64,000 nt of DNA from Vicugna vicugna. Lineage: Eukaryota. Below the pieces are notes generated by a model. The model did not search any database and had not been told where the DNA came from. It saw only the letters and a program-made list of their open reading frames with translations. Below are positions 55,050-64,000 of this stretch, in pieces. Where the stretch lies: NCBI GenBank assembly GCA_013265495.1, contig MU057503.1, forward strand, positions 62,001 through 126,000, given 5' to 3'. Position numbers and translations under genes: made by a program. Each line of letters opens with the position of its first letter. The first letter of the stretch is position 1.

Positions 55050-57140
55050 AAACATTCACCCTCTGCAGACAGGCCCGGGAATTAACTAATCGTAAGTGGA
55101 CAGAAAGTGGGGGTTTCAGAAAGGCGCTTTGACATATCCCATTGATCCTTCTTTGAACGCGACCCCCGACTTCTTATTAGGAGTCCAAAATGGTTACCAA
55201 ACGGGGGTTGGTTCGGTTGAGGGATCGAAGTAAAACCCACTTCAATCCTCGGCCAGGTCGCTCAACGTGTTAGGAGAAATGGGGCGGGGGGCACCGCTCT
55301 CGGAACCTCCCTCGCTCGCTCTGATCCCCACTCGGCGTCCCTCCACCCCCGCCCCTACCCTGGCCGCCCAACCAGCATCTGCTATCACCTCTCGCCTTCC
55401 CTGGGCGAGCCCCCTATAGCCCCTGACCCCCCGGGAAGGGAGGGCTTCCGGGCCCCGGGTCCTCCACCGGCCGCCAGAGTCCCCAGCGCTGGCGGGCGGC
55501 GGGAGGCGCGGCTGGCACCTACCTGCAGCCCGGCTTCCTGGTGGCGGCAACACCTAGCGATGCTCCAGCAGCTTCCGCGGGCCCGCGCCAGCCTTATCGC
55601 TCTTGCATCGCTTCCAAGATGCCAATCCGCCGTCACCGTTCTGGGGCATAGGGAACCGAGGTCTAGTGGTGTGTGCTCGTGGAGGGCGTGTGAGTGTGGC
55701 CCTGAACGTGCGTGTGTGCGCGCGCGTGTGCTTCCTCCTACCCCCAAAGAGGGTTCAGGAGTCTCTTGACATCCAAACTGGAATCCCCTTAAAGCGGATG
55801 GAAGGTAGCTAGCGAAGGGCTCGTCCCTTTTCTCCCCTCGTTATTCACAAGTCAAAGTAATCAAAAGATTTGTTTAGTAAGGAAAAGCCAAAGTCCCGCA
55901 GCCCTCGCCAGCTCCCGCGGTCGCCAGCTCTCCTCGCCGATGCGCGCGGTGCGCTCAGCTTCCTCGACTGCGAGAATCAAGGCGGTCTTGCAGCAATTAC
56001 CGCTTATTCCATCTCCGATTTGTTTGCTTTTTAACGCTGAGTGAAGACTTTTCCTCCCGCCACACGTCGTCTCTGTCTCTCACACACACGTATCCTCGAT
56101 TCTCTCTCTCCTGCCCTCCCTTTTGCTCTCCTGGGGAAAGGCAATTGGAATGCAGGGTTCACCTTCAGGAAAGCAGCCTCCGCCACGTATTTCTCCAGTT
56201 CCCTGGCTCTCCCAGGTCCCGGGTCTCCAATGTGCAGGAGTTGCTGGGGTAGGAAGGAGGAGACGCTCTGAGCTCGGCGGACTTCCGCCCGCAAGACGCT
56301 GGAGTTCCCCGGTTCAGGTGCTCTTGTTCCCGCTTTTAGCAGACAGGTCCCAGCGGATACCCTCTCGGAGACTGCGCGGAGTCCACTTAGCAGCAACTCC
56401 TGACCAGCTGCAGCCCCTTAATTCCGCCTTGAAGTGCTGCGGTCAGAGCCCCAACGCAGCCCAACCACTGCCCCTCTAGGCATCATGGGCTGGGACGAAG
56501 GAAAACCGCTGCTGCCCCTCTGTCCCCAGTACGCTGGCACCGTCACCACCGAGAGAAGGTGTGAGTTCCAACGTCGAACACCAGCGAGCAGGTGTTGCCT
56601 GTGTCACTTCGCTAAAAAAGGGAGGGGAGAGAGAAGAGGCGGGGGACGAGGCCGAGGAAACAAATCCAGATCACCAGAAGAAAACCAAGTAAGCAGTGTA
56701 GTAACCGAAGCCTCGTCTGTGCCTCCCACCCTAGGCGTTGCACTGTCAAAAGACCCTAGCGGTACCTTTCAGAAAGTCAACGTAGAGGGCAGACTCCACC
56801 CCACCCCCCCAACCCGTTCCACCCAGACCACTTATTAATCCACCCAGCCTGGACGTTTGGGGAGTCCGGAGTGACTGGCTTCCCTGTGTGGCGCAAGGAG
56901 AACGCAGGGAGAAAACAGGTGCCAACACTCCAGGTTGAGTTAAGCAGGAAAATGAGAGAGCAGGACCAGGCGATGTTGCCTCCCTCGGTCTCTCTCCCAA
57001 CAGCCACTTCAGTTAGCAGCCGCAGCTGCTGCTGAGAGCAAACTGCGGTCTTGCAGAAAAGGAGGCAGTAAAAGATGAGAGGGCGGCAACTGGTATAAAA
57101 GGTGGACTATGTCTCCCTCCAGAGGGAGTCTCGGGGTAGA
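55050..57140. promoter_or_regulatory. CpG island / probable bidirectional promoter
   Basis: Abrupt rise in GC and CpG density against AT-rich, CpG-depleted flanks; GC box (ccccgcccc ~55347), ETS-like acttccg (56281), NRF1-like tgcgcgc repeats; splice donors point outward on both strands. Confidence 0.93.
55523..55960 (-). other. Non-coding first exon (5' UTR) of a minus-strand gene; upstream (TSS) boundary approximate
   Basis: Minus strand reads ...GCCGGGCTGCAG|GTAGGT, a near-consensus donor inside the CpG island, followed by G-rich intron-start sequence; only short closed ATG ORFs precede the donor. Confidence 0.72.
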
Positions 57141-57669
57141 CAGCTTTACTATCTGTTACCTAGGACTCCAATTTCTCCGCAAAGAAAAAGAAAACAGTAT
57201 CTGGTTTCAGAGAATTTTGTAGTTTTACAAATTCCAACCTCTAATGGATTTAGAGGATTTGCACTGCAGCCCTATGTAAGTAGAGTCTTTGCTGAAGGAA
57301 CCTCGGGATATTTACAGAAACTATATCACAAGAACCTGGAAGGTCATGTCCTTATAGGTTTGTCAATTTGGATGTTGGTTTAAGGAGTATGCATAGGAGC
57401 TCAAATGAAGGGTCTTCTTAAGTTCACTTTGATCAAGATTGGCAAATACAATAAACGCTGCACTTTCCTTCACCATAACCAGTAGTTTGGCTTTGCTGTG
57501 TGTGGGTGATTGGACCCAAGTTTGGTTCAGTTAACAGTAGTTATAATGTCACAGATGTTATAATGTTCTGTTACTTCAGTCAAGTTCAAAGCAAGGTTCC
57601 ATCTGTAACTTTAATATTTAGATTTTTTAAACTTACTATTTGAGTTTTCATTCAAAATATTTCTGCATG

Positions 57670-57921
57670 ATACAACAAACTAGTAAATATGACAAAAAAG
57701 AAGCAGACTCAGACATAGAGAAAAAAACTGGTGGGTACCAATCGGAGGGGAGGAACAATACAGAGGTGGGGAGTGGGAGATACAAACTACTGTATTATCC
57801 AACATGAGGAATACAGACAATATTTTGTAATAACTGTAAATGGAAAGTAACCTTTAAAACTTTATAAATTTTTTAAATAAAATTTAAAATAAATTAATAA
57901 TAAAAATAAAAAATAAAACAA
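57670..57921 (+). mobile_element. 5'-truncated L1 3' end
   Basis: Homologous to 18540-18830; TSD aaaatatttctgcatg (57654-57669) / aaaatatttctacatg (57922-57937). Confidence 0.9.
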
Positions 57922-59759
57922 AAAATATTTCTACATGTTTAAAAAATGATTTTTAAAAATGTATCCAAACTTTGATTAAACTCCTCATCCTTATTCACTC
58001 TGAATCTGGAGAAGTTCTATTTTAACTTGATAATCTAATTTAGTATAGGCATAAAGAAAGAAAAGAATTTATAAGAAAATAACTTAGACTAATTGAAGTC
58101 ATTTAAAATGAGGAGCCAAAACTGAATCATGTGGATTTTACTATTTTAGCTAATTGTACTACAGGAGATTTGAATTAAACACATGGCAATCATTTCAAGT
58201 ATCCTTAAATGGTCTCTTTCAAAAGATTCATGTCCTATGATCAAAGATTTTTATTTCATTCCTCTTATCTTGTAACTTATTTCCCCAGGGAGCAAAGTTT
58301 ACATTTTAAGACACCTGGCGCTATTTCATTGCAAATCTTAAAGCAATTCTCAGTCTGCTATGTTAAGTAGTAGGATGGAATCCAAGCAGGAGTGACTGGA
58401 AACCCAGGCCCTGTGCTGGGAGGAAAAACCATTTACAAAGTCACTTTAGAACACTGGCCTTCCTTTCTTACAAGAAACATAAAGTGTACTTTACAATACT
58501 TCTAACTTCTAATTCAGTAACTCTCTGTGATTATAGGAAAATCTATCATTTTATCAAATTGTTAAAACTTTATTCCTACTGTTAAAATGTATGACATTTT
58601 CATCCTTATTTTCCTAATTAAACCCATTATGTTTTTACAAAAATGTGAAAAAAGTAAAGAGAACAAGTGTATAAATTAATTACAAAAAGATCATAGAATT
58701 TCTTGTCCAAAGTCATATGATACTGAAATTCTGTAATAACTTTGTACTTTTCGTAAATATCCAGATAATGATTTTTAGAGCAAGATATTCCTATTTCTAG
58801 CACCTCCTAGACTTTGAAATCAAATATTTTGTTTTCCCCTTAAAACAAAATGGCAAATACCTCCCTAGTTTGATAGAAATCCTGAGATGGTACTTCTTAT
58901 CATGTTTATTTAAACTGCCTGCATCCTCAGGTGTAACCAATAAAAAATAATTACTTGGAATGCAGAACTTCAATAGAAACTCCGGGCATGTGTAGCTCTC
59001 CATGTTCTGAGGGTTTACTAAGACATCACCTTGGGGCATTTTAAGCTTTCTGCTAGAAGCTTTCTCTATTATCTCAAATTCTTATCTCAAATCCTCACAA
59101 CATGTCATAATGTATATGGTATAACCTCATTTTACATAAGAAAAAAATTGAGACAATTTCACTGTGATTAAGTGGCAGACCTGGGAATCAAACCAGATCA
59201 ATCTACCTGAATCCAAAACTAGTTTGGGGTTAGGTTTTGGCTTTGATTTTTTTTTCCTACCCTCCCCAGCACCACGACTAAAATATTCTACCTTTTATAT
59301 TATAGGGAAATAAAAATCATTCAGACCTAGATATGGAAAAAACTTAGCCAAAGAATGTGCGTTCATTAATAAGAATAGAAAGAAGTTATTCATGGGAAAG
59401 AGAAGAAAAATCAGCACCAGCTTCCCTCAGCACTCTGCCAGAGTCTAGACATTAAAACAAATGGACAAAAAGTTCTGATTCCTAGTACATACATATAGAG
59501 GACTGCCACTCATTCCCCGTTGTCTCTTCTTGTTTTGTTTCTTTGGTGATAACCATCTCATTTCTACCTTTTTTAGTAATGTCTCTCCCACTCTTGTTTC
59601 CATGTAATCAGGTAAACAGAAACACAGAATCCATTGCACATAACCTAAGGTGGCGTGTGTATATTATTAACTTTTAGAATCCCCATCACCTAACAGAACC
59701 TAACACACAATGAATACTCTATAAATACTTCATGCTCGGTAATTAGGAAACCAAACCGG

Positions 59760-60190
59760 TCACATGATCAGACTGACAAGCAGCCCTCTGGACTCAGCTG
59801 AGCTCACTCTCGTATCTGTGGTCAAGCGGCAGTACGGAGCCTCACTCAACATCTGACAATTGGCTGACTGTAAGTGTGAGTATTGGAGAGTAACTAAGCA
59901 ACTTGGCCCTATCATCTACCAGGCTAGACTAGATTTTTAACATGTGGCAATCACAGGCTTCCAAGAGCAGCAGTAGGGGAAGGCTCGATACCTAAGCACT
60001 TGCCAAGTCTCTGCTTGCATCATGTTTACCATAGACCCGTTGGCTAAGCAGTTCATCAGGCCAGCCAGACTCAAGGGATGAAGAAAGACTTCATCTCTTA
60101 ATGGGTAGAGCTACAAAATCACATTCAAGAACCTGGTACTGGGCAGGGGCGATGGGGAGTATTTGTTTTCGTTTTTGCGATCTAGTACGA
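59760..60190 (-). mobile_element. MaLR LTR (MLT1H-like)
   Basis: aagtctctgcttgcatcatgttt...ttggctaagc...gccagactcaaggg...aaagacttcatctctt motifs. Confidence 0.75.
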
Positions 60191-60719
60191 CAGCTATCCC
60201 CAGAAAGCTAGCATCTTGCACAGTAGCTAAATCCACCAGGTATCAGGGCTGAACTGTGGACAGCAGAGTATTCCCGTTACAGATTAAGACACCTATCTTG
60301 GGTAAAAACAAGTTTTTCCAGATTATTGAGTCCCTGGTCTGTTCCCATTATCAATTTAAAAGATAGACTCCGCCCAGCAGCTTTCACCAATGCAATGGAA
60401 CATGTTTCTGTAATTCTCTGTCTCACTAGAAAGCAGAAATTTTCCAAGATTTAATATACTTTCCACACTAGCCACTGAATTAATCTCAAGGCTTTAATTT
60501 ATAATTCATATTTATCAACAGTATTACAAAAATCTGACTTGTTAAGCTAGAAATCACTAGCAACTTTTATATGACAGTGAGTATGTCATCTTTGGTACAT
60601 GGACCTGACAGCATCTATGCTGGTTATTCAGAGGTTTGATTTGTTTATTCCCTGATTTTTTACCAAACTCCAAAGCATTGAGATGAGTAACATTTGTTAT
60701 AAGGGCTTCTCAAATTGAC

Positions 60720-61040
60720 TTCATTGAAACCCTTGGCATCACCACATCGCCTCTGAAAATAATCTCTACCTGGTTAACTCTAATTCATTCATTAAGGCTC
60801 AGGACAAGAGTTATCTCCTCTAGCAAATTATCTGTAATTCCCTTAAACCACTGTATTAACTGTGTGTGCTCCCAACACCTAACACTTCCCCTCTAACACC
60901 ACACTGTGTTGTAATTGAGTCATTTTTAATAGATTATCCCACATTAAACTATATGTTTCTTGAGGGTGCACAGTTGTGTTCATCTTTGTTTCATCCAGCA
61001 AAGCCACTGACATGAATGAATGAGCAACTAATATATTTCA
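60720..61040 (-). mobile_element. L2 LINE 3' end
   Basis: L2 3' motifs ending in tgaatgaatga. Confidence 0.65.
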
Positions 61041-64000
61041 ATTCACAAGATTGTGAAACAATGTGTGACCACATTTATTTTAATATCCAATAATAATGAC
61101 TTTAGGCTTCCATCTTGCTGATCTCAAGAAGTACATTCATCTAGACACTAGATTCCCAAGTGGCTCCTGGCCATCTTGAAGAATGCTCACATGGTTTATA
61201 AAATTGGCCTTCTTTATTACTGCACCCGCACACACACCAGAAACGGAAGCTCAAGTGCACTCCTTAAGGTCTGTCTTGTCCTGCTGACCTCCAGAGCCCC
61301 ACCTGCTTGTTTCTATTTCCTACATTCAGCTGCTTCTATGCATATTTTAGCACTAAGCTCTGTTTAGAATAGTAACTAAAGTCCAATTTGCTCCAACAGC
61401 TGAACCACAGTGGTTCCTAGAGTACAGGGAAAGTTCCACCTCTCCAAAATGTTACACTCAGTCCAAGATCAAAGACCACTCCACTTCTCAGTCCACTCAG
61501 AGCCTAGACTCTAGAAGGCCCATCTCTTGGTGATCAACTTGTTTAAGTTACAGGCACATAGACATTTTCCCCAAGAAGTGCCCACACTGCCAGAGGAGCT
61601 AGGAAAGGAAGAGACCTGGTAACAGCTTCTTGCTGCACCTAGTACAGGCCCTTCCCTGCGACAACACAGAAACTGGTGTTGAGCCCAGGTCTCTAGTGTG
61701 TTGACATCCTCATTCCTAGTGAACCTGAGGCTGGCCATAGGGAGGTATGAGATGAGACAGGCTATCTTGGTCTCACTCCTTGGCCAGATGCTTGTTGAGT
61801 TGCAGAGACCAGAGTGGAAAAGGGCCCTTAGGAGAACATAACATTTGTTTCCCAGTAGATTGAGGGGAAATGTGAAATTCGAGAAAAGTACCTGCTCCTT
61901 GTCTGAGAAATTCTAAAGTTAGGAGGTTAGCTGAAGTGACGAAAATAGCAGTCCAAAAAAGAGGGTCATCAGATAGCCAAGAGGCAAATCTATCATTTCA
62001 TGGGCCAAAGACATATTAGTTCCAAGGACTAAGCAGGTGTCACACAAGATAGTGGCCTAAGACATGAAGGCAATGGGGGGAAAACAAAGCTGTCTATTGA
62101 CTGCTCTTAATTTTTACCTATTCTGTTTATTAATGGGCTGAAATTAGGTTCTACGAATATTGGCCTTTGGGATACGTTAGTTCTGTAGTACAAGGCGGCA
62201 AGAAACTATTTACAGATACTACTTGCTAGTAGAAAGAAGCTATTAATATCATGGTAGGCTGAGATCTCATAATTTCTAGAACTGAACAGGAAGCAAGTAA
62301 GTAGCTATAAAATCATTCTAAACAGCTAGCACGGGGCTAGGATTAGGCAGAGGCTGACAAACTCCAAGTCTATGAGAAATTAACGGGCTGTGTAACGAAC
62401 ATACCATGCCTCAGCAGTGTAGATGAGAGGTCAGGGCCATCAGGATGAAGGATGATGTCTTACTAAACTGCTCCCTTCTTCCATCAGAAATAAAAATCTC
62501 CATTGGTTTGAGGTAGAAAGTCCAGGGTCTTTAACAACTTTACTTTCTTTAAGTCATTGGCTGTCTTCGTTCATAAAATTTTCATAAGTTACCAAAAGCT
62601 GGTGTTCCTTCAGTCTCCACCTGAGGTGTGATATACATTCTCCTGCCAATACTACCAGCTCCAGATTATCCGTCTCTTGACTTGAGCACACATGTAACCA
62701 TCAATAACTAATGTTTCTACTAATCCTCATTCTTCTTGCCTGGTCTATCAGATTAACTAGGTTGCTTTTGGCCTCACTCCCAGTTCACCCTTTTTCCTCC
62801 CCCACTTCCCCACTGCAAGGTTGTGGAAGCAGACAGACTCTCACTTTATCAGGGGACCAAAGATTTCACACAGCAAGGTATATTCTGAGACCAAGAGAAA
62901 GGTAGTTTTCAGTGCCATGCTTAAGAGCCTGGTCTTCCTGGTTTTTAGCTCAAAGTCCCATTTTCCTATATTATTTACTAACTAACTAGATATTAATAAC
63001 CCATAGTTTTGTTCATCCACAGAATGGATGGCTAAGAATGGAGTGGAGGGGAATGGAATCCACTGAACTAACTGACCATGCATCAATAAGTATTTTTGAC
63101 TGAAGCTAAGAAGAGTGCAATGTTTACAAGTTTTTAATCAAAAGTGGGAAAGAAAACCAACATTTCTTTCTTCTCATAATATTTCTATAAAATAGATACT
63201 CATTTTATGACATATAAACTAAAGCTCAGAGATTAAGTAATATCCCCAAAAATTCAGTTAGAAAGTGAGAGCAGCCAGAATTATAACCAGGTCTTTTTGA
63301 CTCAAGAGCATAAATAAGAACTCATGTCTCCTAGTTCTCAGTCCATTCTCTTCACTCTACATATTCTGATTTAATTATTTTCAGAAAGTTCAAGCTCAAA
63401 CTCTGAAAAATTCCTCCATTCAAACTCTCTTTGGATTTGTGTACAAGATTTCCCCCCAATTTCAGTATAATACAGGATGATTCTGTCATCCAACATGATC
63501 AAAATATTGCCTGCAAAGGTTTAAGACAGAGTTTCAAGAAACTTCTTCATGAATTTCGGCCACCCAGCGTCAAAGTAGAGCAACTGCAGGCAGATGCTGC
63601 CGTTTCTACAGACAGGCAGGGTGGCACATACTGTCTGCTTTACAGCAACAAAAACACATCATGACAGAGGTTCTGGAGTCTTTGATGGTAAAGCTTACAT
63701 GTGTAGAAGACACTCTGACAACTAAAAGAAGCACATGAAAATAAGAAGCCAGATTTTTAAAAATGAAAAATTTAACTAGTGTAAGTGATAAGATGTGCCT
63801 GTTCCACAATCTTAGAAACAAATAAAGGAGTAAAAGGAAATAAGAGAATAAAATTTAACTGTATATAAGGAAGCAGCCCAAAATAAGAGGAGATATATTC
63901 CATTTTTTAACACATTTTAAAACAGACTTTAATGTACAGGTTAATTAGACAGCATAATGAGGCAGAAAAAGAATCAGTGGAATTGCCAATATCAGAGGTA

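Larger units (their letters stand above)
1..55960 (-). other. RAB30: 5' part (exon 1 plus long intron 1) of a minus-strand gene, tentatively RAB30
   Basis: Exon 1 text (GTGACGGCGGATTGGCATCTTGGAAGCGATGCAAGAGCGATAAGGCTGGCG...GCTGCAG) resembles my recollection of the mammalian RAB30 5' UTR. The layout (non-coding exon 1, long intron 1, divergent transcript) also fits. Memory-based; no coding exon lies in the window to confirm it. Confidence 0.42.

Noticed and set aside
55242..57007. Longer overlapping ORFs (100-134 aa) in the CpG island
   Set aside because: Expected from stop-codon scarcity in GC-rich DNA; low-complexity R/G/A/P composition on both strands.
1..64000. Supplied ORF track as protein-coding genes
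   Set aside because: All are 134 aa or shorter, many start at non-ATG codons, and none resembles a known cellular protein; the recognisable ones are L1 ORF2 debris.
1..64000. CRISPR arrays, rRNA, operons or other prokaryotic systems
   Set aside because: The sequence is mammalian; no regularly spaced repeat-spacer structure or rRNA similarity was seen.

Overview
Mammalian, repeat-rich, almost entirely non-coding DNA, most likely camelid (tRNA-derived Vic-1-type SINEs, young artiodactyl-type L1 3' ends). The dominant functional landmark is a CpG island at ~55.1-57.1 kb. It holds a minus-strand non-coding first exon (donor CAG|GTAGGT at 55523/55522), so everything to its left looks like a >55 kb first intron, with a candidate alternative or cassette 5' exon near 12.7-12.9 kb. 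From memory only, this exon resembles the RAB30 5' UTR; that is unverified and no coding exon is visible. None of the supplied ORFs is a credible protein gene. The rest is L1, L2, MIR, MaLR/ERV LTR and hAT relics. The most unusual observation is an ancient ~600 bp direct-repeat pair (about 10030-10630 and 25415-25995, ~67-72% identical in hand-aligned blocks) that I cannot assign to a repeat family and that shows a weak codon-like substitution bias. Also notable are a tiny L1 with an apparent 3' transduction and a twin-primed 5'-inverted L1. I cannot support a claim of a new biological system. Repeat boundaries and family names are by eye.
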